Assembly: GCA_002269645.1 (NCBI GenBank)
Contig: NIVC01000822.1
Location: forward strand, 186,001 to 250,000
Direction: 5' to 3'
DNA from: Macrostomum lignano
Taxonomy: Eukaryota
Length of the DNA: 64,000 bases
Shown here piece by piece: positions 47,076-59,413 of this stretch. Position numbers and translations under genes: made by a program. A model generated the notes under the pieces. That model ran no database searches and was not told where the DNA came from. It saw nothing but the letters and a program-made list of their open reading frames with translations. Numbering within the stretch: position 1 is the first letter of the stretch; every line of letters begins with the position of its first letter.

Positions 47076-49959
47076 CATGACCAGATAGCTAGAGTTAGAA
47101 TTTATTAATTCTTATGCACTTTTAGGATCAACGAAGTGTCTGTGGCACAAGCCCCCCGTCTTTGGTACCGCGCTACGTTTATTGTTTTATTATAATATCG
47201 GCACAGAGCAAAAATTCACTACCGCAAGATGAGCGAACGCGTTTAATAGTGAGAAATATAAAGCATTCACGCTTGCGGCTCCAGTGCCGAAACACATACC
47301 ACTTTGTAACACATTACCACAATTACCTGTGCTGAATAATTATTCACAATTTTCCAGGATAGTGTGAAATATAAATTTCTAATACTGTCATTAATATCAC
47401 GTTTTCTTACTTAAGCCTCTTCCGTCGTAGTGTACACTTTAAAAGGAGCATTCAGATAAACTTTTAGATATTGGAAAGATTTTTTATTATATGGAAGTTT
47501 CAATAATTTACTTTGTACTCCTTCGGAATTATGCCATGAGCATCATGGCATGGTACCAAAGATTCTAAAATATTCAAGAGTGCTAAAACATTTTGCCTTA
47601 GTAATATTCTAGCTATACTTTTTATGTTTTTAAATAAGTTGCTAAGGGAAGCTTGCATTGAAATTCTTTGTTATTTAAAATTTTCAATGAGCTCTACCTA
47701 CAGCACTAGGATATTTCTTCCAATTTATAAGCATTTTTTTCTCTGAATTACTTCTTTACTTAAAAATGCATGTGGATCGAGACATGAGTTGCTGACTATT
47801 TCTAATAAACCAAAAAGGGCATTATACATTTGAACAATGTGGTGATTAAAGGCTATTTGTTTAAAGTTATTCAAAGATATATGGACCAAGCACAGTAGCA
47901 CACTCGACTGTGTTTGTGTTTATCAACCTCATGTAGATCTCGAAACAGTTTGCATGGCAATACACAGTATCACACTCGACTGTGTTAGTGTGCTTATCAA
48001 CATTATGTTGACTTTTTATCCAGTATTTGTATTACTGTCTAGGGTACGTCTTCATCGTGCGCACCACCAAACTCTGATGTACTCGTATGAACATGTGAAG
48101 GGCTGACTATTGAAACATACTCGCATCTTGAAGTATAAACTTCTTTCAACATACGTTTTGTGTGCCCTACACTCATTCTACCTGCCAATATTTTTCAGCT
48201 ACAATCTCTGCTGCACGACGTTAGCCGGGACAGGACATTTCTTCGGGCGTCTCAACCGAGACGATTCTAGCAACATTTATGATGATGCTGCATCAAGCAA
48301 ACTAGCTTCAGCTTCACTTTTCATAAGGAAAATCTCGCCAAGGAGGCAAAGCGCAAACAGGAGGAAGCGAAGCGCAAGGTGGCGGGGGCGAAGCATAGAG
48401 TTGTAGGAAAGCAGAGCATGGAGCAATCAAAGTATTCAAAGGCTAGTTTCAGCACGAAGCGTACTCGAAAATTTGAGAATGTAATCAGTAACGGCAGCAC
48501 AAACCGGTCAAGTAAAAAGATTCGACAAGATTGGTCAACTTGGTGAGTTGAATTTTCAGGAATTGTGAACTGCAGTTTTACCTTTGGTGTTACCTGCTTT
48601 GCAGTAAATATGTAGTAAGTTAGGAGAAACTGTTTCCCGCTCATAAATGAAGGAATATAATGGATTGCCAATCGGACGCAGTTACTTTTGGTTCTTCGAA
48701 GTTTTGTTTCCGCTTCCCACAGCGTCTTTTCTTTGTCTGAGAGCGGACCTTCGATTTTATAGCCTTCGATTTCGGGATCATTGGAAAGCTCCATGGAAAG
48801 TAGTCAATTTCCCTTGTGTAAAGTCACGTGTGATGATGTATGGACGCATTGTCTCAGCCTATGAGAAAGCACAGGGGAGTGGAGGCAAAGCGACTAGAAA
48901 CGAGAAAAGAACTGAGTCTGTTTGGAAGTTCAATCTATTCCTTCATCCATGTTCCAGCTAGGTACTCGTATATACAGTTTGTAAACGACAAAATATAACC
49001 ATTGATAAATCTAATTCATTCTTCATTTACCAAGTCCTGTTTGCTACAAAGTAATATGAATACAAGCTTTAATGTACCTCACATGGCTAGAACATTTTGT
49101 ATGCACATGTAGTTGTATAAAATATACTAAAATCACGCCATCACCAAACCATTCCAGTGCGACGATACGATGTTTCGAGGATGAGAAGTTGTGGCGAAGT
49201 TTATTTTATAAATGTGGACTAGCACTAATGCCGTAGTAATGGTGCGCGTGCTGGGCGTTTATCTAAACCAATGTGTAGTTCAATTATTAAAAACAATACT
49301 ACTAATAGTCTAAATAATAATGTTAGTAGCAGTGTGGCAATGCCACCTATTTACGCATGGCTAAATGTAAGTCAATCTGAGACGACCAATATAAGGCTGA
49401 TGCCAAGACTACGGGAGACTAACACCCAGCGCGCGAGAAAATCCAACGATAAAATCTAACAAGAAGCCAATTTTGAATAGACGCACTTACTGAAAATAAA
49501 TAAACAAAGTTATAACTTAATAAGAAAAATAAATAGAAAATCGAAATAAACATTGGACCAAAGTAATAATAGGTTTCAATATTAACTCTAAAAGAAATCC
49601 TAAATATAAAATTTGCAGTTTGCAATAACAGAAGTGACGACGTTACTCCCGCCCCTTCCAAAAACAACAAGCATCGAATGCAAACCGAATGTATTAAGAA
49701 AATTGACTTCATTTAAGAATGCTACTAAAATAATTTAAATATTTTTAAAAAAACGACAATAAAGAAAATGAATGCGCGACGGACGAAACAAGAAATTTTA
49801 AACGAAATATTTGTAATTTTTAATTTTGAAAAATTTAAACTTGGCACGATTGACAAAAATTTTACGAAACGCGAATTAATAACTGAGCAGGGCAACCTAC
49901 GGACCAATGGTCAACTAGATAAGGGCGCTTGAGTGCCAACCGGCAGTCACCAGTTACAG

Positions 49960-50150
49960 CACGACAACCAGCAAGGGTCGACAGAGGCCGACAGACACCG
50001 ACAGGGGCAGCAGAGGTCGACAGGCGCCGACAGAGGCCCGTAGAGGTCGAAAGGCGCCGACAGGGCCGGCAGAGGTCGACAGACGCTGACAGAGACCGGC
50101 AGAGGTCGACAGGCGCCGACAGGGGCCAGCAGAAGTCGACAGGTCTTCGG
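49960..50150. repeat. Tandem ~20-nt repeats (agaggtcgacaggcgccgac)
   Basis: Directly visible, about eight variant copies. Confidence 0.85.
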
Positions 50151-50319
50151 CTGTCAATTTTTTGTCTTCCAGGCTCATGAGAATCAAAACAGAACCGAGC
50201 GCGGTTGAGGTATCCGGCTTCAGTTTTCTTCAACTCTGTAGACTTGGAAAGACGTCCTTGCCAAGTGTAAAACTTACTTCCGGTTTGGTTTGCTGGATCA
50301 AGAAAAGGTCATAAGAAAA

Positions 50320-50470
50320 CAGCCACAACAACAACAACCACAACCACAACAACCACAACCACAGCAGCAACCACAACAACCACAATAACCACAACCACAG
50401 CAGCAACCACAACAACCACAGCAACAACCAAAACAACAACCACAACAACCTCCGCCTCCACAGCAACAAA
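50320..50470. repeat. CAA/CCA/CAG microsatellite encoding a Q/P tract of a degraded plus-strand gene
   Basis: QPQQQQPQPQQ...; a later segment YKRLVVLLGAEKTG...ILNKMLER resembles a conserved Polinton accessory C-terminus. Confidence 0.7.
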
Positions 50471-50765
50471 AAACCCAGGTTGAACAAGTACTTGATAAAC
50501 TTGACACCGTAGACCCGATTCTTGTTTTGCAGTACAAAGATACAAATCCTGAGACTTGGCGACAATTAGAGCAGCTCTAATTAGAGCAGCTTCAGCAACC
50601 CTCACCAGGAACATCCTCCTCTGACCAATCATTCGAATCACCGCCAAGCTCTTCCGGAAAAGGCATGCCTGAAGTCTACAAGCGGCTAGTTGTTCTCCTG
50701 GGAGCGGAAAAGACTGGAATGAAAGATGAGAATAGAAGAGTTCGTTCATATCCTCAATAAAATGC

Positions 50766-51182
50766 TTGAGAGAAAATACATCAATAAGAGGGCGAGAGAG
50801 CTTCTGCTTTCACGTTTTAACAAAAAATAATTTATTTCAAGTAAAAATGCAACTTATTTTCGAAAAAGACATTGGCAAATACTATGAAAAAGAGGAACTT
50901 AATCTCATTAAACGCGGATCTGGACTTGTCCCTGCAGGCCACTATCCAAGAAAAGAACGCTCTGGGAATGGCCTTGCCGATTTGATCGCTCAGGGGGCCA
51001 AGATTTTTAAAGTCATTGGAGAGAACAAAGAGAACATCAAGAACGTTGCCGAAGCGGCTGGCAGTGTAGTCACAGAAGCCAAAAAGATAAAGGAGACTGT
51101 AACACCTAAACAAGAGATTCACCCGCCGGCTCCGCTGGCCCCGCTGGCCCACAATCCAGACAGTGTGGACCCTGCGATCTAA
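50766..51182 (+). CDS. Small Polinton protein with GSG/GNG motifs and an amphipathic segment (probable start at MQLIF)
   Basis: KRGSGL...ERSGNGLADLIAQGAKIFKVIGENKENIKNVAEAAG; a structural role is inferred only. Confidence 0.4.
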   Translation: MRENTSIRGRESFCFHVLTKNNLFQVKMQLIFEKDIGKYYEKEELNLIKRGSGLVPAGHYPRKERSGNGLADLIAQGAKIFKVIGENKENIKNVAEAAGSVVTEAKKIKETVTPKQEIHPPAPLAPLAHNPDSVDPAI

Positions 51183-51278
51183 AAGAAGATGAGAGCTAGC
51201 ATTAAAAAAGGAAGTGGTTTCAAATTTGACTAAAGGGTACTTTCCGAGGGTAAAAGAAATGTAAAGGTACAAGACTAG

Positions 51279-51404
51279 TCCCAAAATGAAACATCAAAGT
51301 CCCAAAACGACACATGTAAGTCCCAAAAATGACACATTTAAGTCCCAAAATGACACATCTAAGTCCCGAAATGACACATCTAAGTCCCAAAATGACATCT
51401 TCTA
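51279..51404. repeat. Six ~21-bp tandem repeats (agtcccaaaatgacacatcta)
   Basis: Directly visible. Confidence 0.9.
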
Positions 51405-51439
51405 AATGCTTTATTATTTAATTTTTTCTCATAGAAAAA

Positions 51440-52240
51440 ATAGACTTTTCAAACGACTTCAATCCTCACTGGAAGCGTAATCAGATTAAGTTTTCTCATC
51501 ACGAGTCAATCCCGAGTCACTTCAGATGCATTGGTGTTGGTTCATCAGGTTCAGGTAAAACATTCAGAGTCTTTAACATGCTTCTTAGACCTGGCTTTAT
51601 CGACTATGACACTTTGCACATCTACTCTCCCACACTGTATCAAGATGAGTATAAAATGCTGATTGCAGGGCTTCAAAACAAGCTGAACAAAGGGGACATT
51701 ATTGCATGTTTAATAACCAACAAAACCTTCCCAGTAACCTAGAAATTGTAGCTGCCGAATATGCAAAGCACATGAAAGACAATGAAAAAATGGCAGAACA
51801 TTAAAGTGTTCACCTATGGAGATCCCCAGGCTGATCTAAAGACCAAACTTCTACCCCAACCAGATGAGCTAGAAAAGGGGAGAAAGCATTTGATCGTCTT
51901 TGATGATTGTATGACAGGCCGACAGAAGCAGATAGAAAACTTTTTTACAAAAGGACGACATAACAATTGCAATGTAATTTACATTGCACAGAACTGGTTC
52001 GAGCTCCCGAACAAAACAATTCGTGGGAACTGCAATCTGATTCTCCTGTTTCCAACCATTCCACAGGACAGGCTAGAAAGATTTTACAATGAGGACATTG
52101 CGCCTGCTTATTTTATAAATCAAACAAAAAACTCAAACAGAAAGATTTCACAAGAGGAATTTGTTAACCTATGCTGTGAAAAGTGGAACCAACCCTATCA
52201 GTTTGTCATGATCAACAAGGAGAAAAAGATTCTGATTTAA
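51440..52240 (+). pseudogene. FtsK/HerA-family (A32-like) genome-packaging ATPase, frameshifted
   Basis: Walker A GSSGSGKT near 51540; Walker B LIVFDD; FFTKGRHNNCNVIYIAQN; TIRGNCN. Confidence 0.88.
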
Positions 52241-52439
52241 ATTCTGTCAATATAAATGTCTATTAATTTTGCAGGTGAATCCATTCCTGGCAACAGCGCT
52301 CTTACATCAGCTCAAATATCTATCCTTGACAGGCGATATTTCAACTTAGAAGAGTTCATGAATTAGTCAACAGCATTGCATGACAGAATAAAAGAAAACG
52401 TCGCAACCAACACAGGTAAAGTGAGGAATTTAGAAGAGT

Positions 52440-55400
52440 TCATGGCTCAATCAACAGCACTGCATGATACAATTAAAGATAGCATGGTAGAATTGTCTTC
52501 TGTTTGAATGTCCATAATAAAACTGTCTCATCAAAACAAGAGTTTCATTTTATCCTTGTACTGCTGCTTCATGCCATAGAAGAACTGGTACATCAGACGT
52601 TTTGATTCGTCGAGAACAGTGACACCTGTATAGATCGGCTTGCGCAGCGTCACCTTGGTTTTGTAAAATATGATCACACCTAAGTAGCTATTAAAGATGT
52701 GGAGTTCTTTGAATGTCGGCTTTGACATATTTGCCTGAATAACAGCAGGCTCTGATGAGGTAACAAGTTTCAGGTTTGTTCTTTTCCGCTCATTCTCAAG
52801 AGTCTTGCCATAGACAGAGTTGTTGGCCAACTTAAAGAGGTTCTTGTCAAAGTCGTTGGTTGCTTTGGTCCTAAACTGGGTGTTCTTATCAATGTAGGGT
52901 TTCATCCACGCTTCCTCTGTAAATGTAAGAGCCCTGTGAACTTTGGTGACCCTGCAACCCAGTGAGATAAAATATTGAAGCAGTTTGTAATGGATTTTGT
53001 AACGTGTTTTGTTTAGATTCTGTGTTAGTTTCTCTGTATGTTCTTTTTCTGTTCCTGACAGGTGCCAAGTTCCATTGGGAGTTTCGATTATTTTCGGGCA
53101 CTTAATGTTCTCTGGGAAGGGTGGAAAGTCAGAGAAATAGTCGTGAAGCTCTGGTGAAATGTAAACATCAACCTCATAAATGGCAGCCAATGAAAAGTCC
53201 CACTTTAGTTCTGATGAGGGTAGCCATCGAAAATCTCTAACTGGAAGATCTTGACTCATCGCCCAATCGTAGAGATTATTAGCGTCCAAGTAAGTAATGT
53301 AGTTTGAGGGCTGCTCCTTATTGTAAGATTCAATGTAGGGATTGTTTGCTTTTGCATACCTGTTAACGCAAATCGAGATTCCCCCTCGCTTTGACGATTC
53401 GACAAAATTGTACGAACATGTCAATATCTGTAAGAAGTTCAATTTACCAATCTGGATATTGATCCCATTTCATTTTAAGCAAAGATTCCCAGCTAGTGGC
53501 AGGCAGAGACACATAATGTGCTGGATCGAGGCCATATGCTGTGTACCAGGTATATCTGAAGGTTTCAAACACATCAGCCAGCAGAAAAACATCTGTGAAG
53601 AGGTAAAGCAGGTGATACTGGAAGAAGTTTTGACAATTAAAGTAATTATAGACATGCTTTGCGTGCTCATAGTCTTTGTCAGAGATTCCAGAGTCTGTTA
53701 GCTTTGAAAAGAACTTCTCCTGTGCTGGTAAACCTTCTTCAAATACGTGATACCCAGTAATATTTTCATAGGGGTAGAAGCCTTTCTTTCTTAAAAGTTT
53801 AAATGATTCATCAGTGTTGTTAATTTTACTTGCAAACATCTTTGTATATGTACATTGTTCATCTTTTAGATTCTTGCTTAGTTCGTCTAGACTGGCAGCT
53901 AGAAATTGATATGAATCCTTCAGTCTTATTTTACCTTCACTCGAACCTTTATATTTACCCGAATTATCCTGTTTAATATCAACACACTTAAACTTCTCTT
54001 TGTTCTATGCGATGCAATCAAGGTGTATGTCTGGAATCATGCGGATTTTTTTTCATATTAAATGCATGTCATAGTTATTTGCGTTGTTGTGTTGTGACAA
54101 AATATCGTTACATCATGAATGTTCGATTTTAGCTTTAGATTACAGGTGTTATGTGCTGCAACTCTAAATTTCCCAGTATAGTGGCAGTGGTCCCTAACTG
54201 TGGGGTTTTTAATATCAGTGCAAGTTAACTGTTTCCTGCAGAAGTGGCAATGAGTTGCTGATAGGAAATTGCTTTCATCCTACTCAGTCATCATTATTGG
54301 AACAGGTTACATTCTGGCAACTCTAACATTCTGGCAATAAACTGCTCCACACACTCCTCTCCAATAAAATAATTATACTCAAAAAGTCCTTTTGTAACGG
54401 TACTAAAAACATGTCCCCAATTCAGTAGCATATGCCTTTGAGTTTCTGGCATGATTGAGCATTCGAAATCAGCATATACAACAAATGGGAGCTTCTCCAT
54501 CTTGTGATAGTTCTTAAACCGGAGATACTTCTCTTCAGTTGAAGGAAGAGAGCAGTCAGTTGGGTGATCTTCACATGATAATTCATGCTCTGTTAGTTTT
54601 TCAAAGCGCTCAGGTCCACTGTAATGCTTAAGGCACAAGCGGCAGATGGCAACAGCCTCGCGATGATTATTCAACTGCTTGTGAATGAGTCTTGAAAGAT
54701 CTTTAATCCAAACATAGTGAGCCTCCTCTAGTAAATTACCAATCACTAGAAGATCCACTTCAGTCCGCCTTTTCCCCTCAGGATCTAAAACGTCTTTGCT
54801 ACATCTGACCGGTTGAACTTTCTCGGTTTTTTAACTCCACTCAAAGACTGATTCTAATTTTGTTATTAAACACTTCTTCTAGCTTTGGGATCTGAGAGAT
54901 CGCCAAGCCTCCTTTGTCAAACCTGATTCCCTTCTTTTCGCATTGGATGATATAGTAGTTGAAATAATTTTGATAATTTGAGGTTCTTTCGGGGTGGTGA
55001 GGGACACTATCACGAAGAAGTGCAGAAAGAACTGCCCATAGCGCACAGCAATTGTCTTTTTTTTAACATTTATGCAAGCTTTTTGCCAGCTAGCTTATGC
55101 GGGAGCTCTATATAAGAGGAGGCTTTAAGTGGGTCATATTTCATGACCATGACAGTCGCTCTTTGAATCCCTCCCACGACCCATCCAGAACTTCTGGATG
55201 TAAACGCTTCAATTTTCTTAGTGACAACTTGAAGGAAAGGATCCAGTGTGTCTGTTGGGGTGAATGGCTTGCCTTTGTTGTCATGTAATACTCGAGATGC
55301 TCAGTGGGTTTTGCAGGCATATAAAACGCAATCTTGAATGCTATCTGTAGTTTAAATGTCTTGCATGTTTTAAATGCGTGATCAACAACTGATTGGATGA

Positions 55401-55911
55401 TGTCTTTATAGTCGTAGATGTTTGCGGTGGTGCCGTTGGTGTCAGTAATTTGGTTGGTGTCGTTAATTGGGATTGTGTACTCTATGTAATGTTCTGTAAA
55501 TTTCCTCTGTGCAAAATTAATCTCTTCAGTGGCAAGCTCCGACTCTTTTAAATGAATTAATTGCTCTAATTTCTCTTGTTCCTGCTTATTTTGTGGGTAC
55601 TTTGCTTTTTCACCAGTGAGAGTTTCGTATTTGTTAATTAAGTTGCGACTCCTCTCTTGGTGTTCCCTTGCAGGATTTTTTATAGGCGCATACTGGTTGG
55701 ATTCTAATTGATTGATGATTTCCAACTGTTTTTCATAGCTTCCCAGGTGACCAGGGTAGGTGTTAAACTTTTGTTTACATGTTTCTCTTAGTATATTACT
55801 TCTGTCTTGAAATGAGACGCTTTTTGAAAAATATTTGTTGACTAAATCTTTTGCTGGATTGGCTTTTATCATTTTTTTCTCTGAAATAAAAAAAAATTTG
55901 AGGGTGACCAC
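52440..55911 (-). pseudogene. Protein-primed family B DNA polymerase, fragmented, with C2H2 finger and endonuclease VII-like module
   Basis: HYVWIKDLSRL..CRLC..H..C; PFVVYADFE (ExoI); CHFC..VRDHCHYTGKFR..AHNTCNL; DSYQFLAASLD; KGFYPYE; TDVFLLADVFE; YLDANNLY (A); KLANNSVYGK (B); motif C degraded to F**DSF. Confidence 0.92.
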
Positions 55912-56082
55912 CCTGATAGAAAAGTTGAATTGTTTCTACATCCTATAATTAGCGTTGGGTTTATGAAGCTGGATAAAGTGGGGGTTTTAAACCTCATCGC
56001 ATTCACATTCACATTTACATCCGCATTATTGTAAACCCAGCATTGTGCAGTGTCATGATGGCTTTGACAATGTCGGACTTGC

Positions 56083-56295
56083 TTACACAATTTTCATGCT
56101 CACAATCATCACAATCGGGGCAGCAATCTTTTGCAATTCTAGCAGGTGGGCTCTATCATTCCCAGCTTTAACAGCAGTTGCTACACTTCCAGCTACACCA
56201 CCTGCGGTACTTACAGCGCCTGCAATGATTGGGATAAGAGCTGCTAATGGTAGGATTCCTCCTGACGTTTCATCTGTGATGCTGTGTTTGCTCAT
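56083..56295 (-). CDS. Adenovirus pX(mu)-like small core protein
   Basis: SGGILPLAALIPIIAGAVSTAGGVAG parallels adenovirus pX RGGILPLLIPLIAAAIGAVPGIA. Confidence 0.7.
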   Translation of the reverse strand: MSKHSITDETSGGILPLAALIPIIAGAVSTAGGVAGSVATAVKAGNDRAHLLELQKIAAPIVMIVSMKIV

Positions 56296-56800
56296 TACAC
56301 TGAACTATTTGCTGCACGGGATCGATTTTTACTTTGGCACCTTTAATTGATACAAGACCTGGTCTCTTTGAATTAATGATTTTATTAAGTTTATTTATTG
56401 TTCTGGTTTTAATCTTTGTCATTTTTTATTTTAATATTTTAATTAATTTCTGTGTCAGCTGGTATCACTAGGAGTTCAGCTCTAGTAAATGACCGCGTGG
56501 GGGATTTAGGGTTAAAGGCCTGAGATAAAAAGTAACACTCTCCAGAGTCGGAGGTAAAATGTCTGTCTATTTTATGTACATCAAGGCTGAAGTATGGATC
56601 TGTAGCTCTTCTTTAAGTGTCCTTTTCTAGCTCTCCAGGTAGAAATAAAAAGCGTAGAAACTCAGAGTTTGTCAGTGATTAAACTCCTGGAAGCTTAGGG
56701 TAGTTCGAGGTGTCTGTTCTATGAGATGCCTTAAGTTCAACAGTGTCTTGTTTAATTGCATGGGACGGTTTCAATCCAGTCAGGCGTGTGACTTCATTGT

Positions 56801-58756
56801 ATAGCAATTTGACGATCATTATTTGTAGTTTTTATGCGTTACAATTCATTGTTTGTTTGCCACTCGGCATTGAACCTAGACGAATGTTCAATTTATTCGA
56901 AAGAAGTAACAAGAACGAACATAGACGAAACCTATGTGATGAATGCCTCAAATGAACACCAACAAAAGTTAACTTTCAGTCAATGGATAAATAATCAGCG
57001 GTCCCAGTGCGTGACAACAATTGTCTGGCGAGCGCCTAACGCCGGTCGCCGTCACCGCAGGCGCGGCAGATTTGCCGGCGCCGTCGTGATTCGACGCAGG
57101 CGTTAGGCGCGAGCCATAGACAAATCGTTGTCACGTGCTGCGACCGCTGATTCTTTGCATTGTTTTTCTGTTTGACGATCCTACAGACAGTGCATTGTTC
57201 GTAGTAATGGATTGTTCTGCATTAAAAATGTGAATAATGATCGTCAAATTGCTAAACAATGCAGTCATTAAAGATATTCAAAAAAGAAATCAATGATATT
57301 CGAATTGCCGTTCACTTGGATTCGCATTTTTTTCTGGTGGGCCTTGGACCCGATGAAACTCCTCATCTCCACTAATGGATGGTGCAGCCTCAGTACGATC
57401 CATACAATCGAAAGACTTCTTCATGGCGGTATGCACGTTCACAGAGGACTTGTACAAACTTCGATCACGCCTCTTATGCAAATATCGCCGAACGGTCGCC
57501 TCCGACTTGTGACCCGTCACAAGCATGATGTCGTGGACAGCATGCCCTTCGCTTTCCAAGTCGCAAATGCGCGTGACTCTAAAAATGCAATGGTATCTTG
57601 TTCAGAAAGGTGAACAAACAATTATGCTTTTACTTTTACTTCGTAACACAAATATACTCACCTAATGCAGTGGTTGGTATAAGGCTTGCTTAGCTTAGCC
57701 TTCTCGGATAGGTTCTTCATGAACTCTTGTAAATAACGCAGACCACGGTGTGCCTTATCAGAGAAGATAAACTTCTTCCCAATGGTGCTCTTCATAGGAC
57801 GAGGTAGAAAGTGGTCGCCGGAATCCGGAATCACCGACTCGTACAGTTCTAGCAGCTCAAGATCATATATTCTAGCGTGCTTCAAATCGGCGACCTGACC
57901 AGCGTCCAGTGTTGCTAATTGATTCTTCGATGGTAGCGTCGGCAAACATGCATACTGCCGTCCATCCGAGTGGATAGCGGCTCGGATGCAGACTAACGAC
58001 GATGGTGAATAGCTCTCACCGCTCTTTGTTTTCAACTGGAAGTAGAATAATCGTAGATACTGATTCAGGGTGTTGTCATTCCATGACATGATTTTCCATC
58101 TGTTTCCGACTGCTTTGAGGTAGACATTCCATCTCAGCTTCATCGATGCTGGTAAGTTGTTCACGAATATCAGCAGGCAGATCGGATGAGTTCGCCTTGT
58201 CGCCGATGGAGTTCTCACAAAACAACAAGAACTGGGTCACTAGCTCGTCACGACGGCAGTCGTTGCGCGACAGTTCGGCCACGAGATCCAACTCGGACTG
58301 GGACAAAGCATTTAAGCTATCGACAGGAAGATTCTTAAAATTTAGAAGATGGACACGTCTAGCATCCATGTCTAGGCTTCCAGGTTTGTTTATATTTCTC
58401 TCTAGTCTAAGCATGTTCTCTTATCCCCTGCTTGCCTCAATCAACTTTCGTCCTTAGTACAAAACAGAATGTAAAATGTACAGTGCGTTGCAATGCAAGT
58501 TTTGTCTATGGTAATCCTCAATGCTAATATCGTCAAATAGGCTAGCGAGAAGGGTATGAATACACTCTACCATAGACATCAAAGTTTTATTCAAGTTTTC
58601 TTCACACCCCCCTGCTACGAGCGTCTCACTTTTCTATGCCACAGACAGTTCATACGATTTGATCGTCCAATAGCGAGCGATACAATGAAAAGAAACAGCG
58701 GCCCCAGTGCGTGACGATTGTTTTGCGAGCGCCGGTAGGACATTAACATTATTTAC
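56801..58756 (-). mobile_element. Crypton-like tyrosine-recombinase element, 1,956 bp
   Basis: Flanked by the 7-bp direct repeat TCATTGT (56794-56800, 58757-58763); removal restores the integrase frame; no TIR; encodes a YR. Confidence 0.8.
57290..58414 (-). pseudogene. Tyrosine recombinase (Crypton/DUF3504-like), frameshifted and internally shortened, one intron (57661-57579)
   Basis: LNQYLRLFY..KTKSGESYSPSSL..IRAAI; YTNHCIR|VT (HxxR); IMLVTGHKSEATVRRY (H and catalytic Y). Confidence 0.82.
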
Positions 58757-59413
58757 TCATTGTTCAGTTGCTCTATAACAGTGGGGAGGCGGTCTGTCCA
58801 TTTTGAATAGTACTGCCCCGCACTCAGTTTGAGTTGCGCTGTCTGCTTAGTGAATAGTCTCTTGGCTAGAGTTAGATTGAATCTCTCAAGGTACGCTTGG
58901 TCCCTGCGCAGGTCTGTTCTGCCATAGCGTATTTCCGCATTATGCTTTTGTAGGAGACTTCTTGCTGCCCTATAGAATTCCATACCCTGATCGGCCATCA
59001 ACATTTCTGGATAGATTAGAGGAGAGGTTTCATAGATCTCTTGCAGTGCGCTGGCAACAATCTCTGACTTCTTCGTCTTGAGTGGGCGAGCTTCCTTATA
59101 TCTGGAGGCAATGTCTATAACTGTGAGAGCATACTTGTAGCCTGAGTCGTTTGGGAGAAACTGAAGATATGCTTGGTGCGCCTCATTAGGTTTATAAATA
59201 CTGAAATGGGGCGTTTCAAATTTTACTGGTGGGAAATAGACTTGGTAGACTGCTTGCTTGGAGAGCCATCTTTCAACTGTTTGTTTTGATTCATTACTTA
59301 GTTCTGCGAGATTCGCGACTGCATTTTTGCCTACAAAGAATTCTTTGTCGCTGTAGTAGATAGATTTAAGTTTTTCTTCTGCTATTTTTTAAAAAGAAAA
59401 TTTTAAATAAATA

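Larger units (their letters stand above)
56439..59388 (-). pseudogene. Polinton rve-type integrase split into 59388-58757 and 56800-56439
   Basis: KLKSIYY..., HQAYLQFLP (first Asp appears as Tyr), VIDIASRYKEARPL, ADQGMEF, QAYLERFN, NNE|VTRLTGLKP, RRATDP, RSFTRAELLVIP. Confidence 0.88.

Noticed and set aside
48321-48961. ORFs 48321-48794 and 48647-48961 and a DNASIH string (48837-48854, minus strand) suggesting a DDE transposase
   Set aside because: The motif is flanked by stops, with no other catalytic motifs; it cannot be supported.
50230-50749. Poly-Leu/Trp, poly-Cys/Gly and poly-Val ORFs on the minus strand
   Set aside because: They are reverse readings of the CAA/CCA microsatellite.
53763-53773. 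TTTTCATAGGG matching the reverse complement of the 19893 terminus
   Set aside because: It lies inside PolB codons (KGFYPYENI); coincidental.
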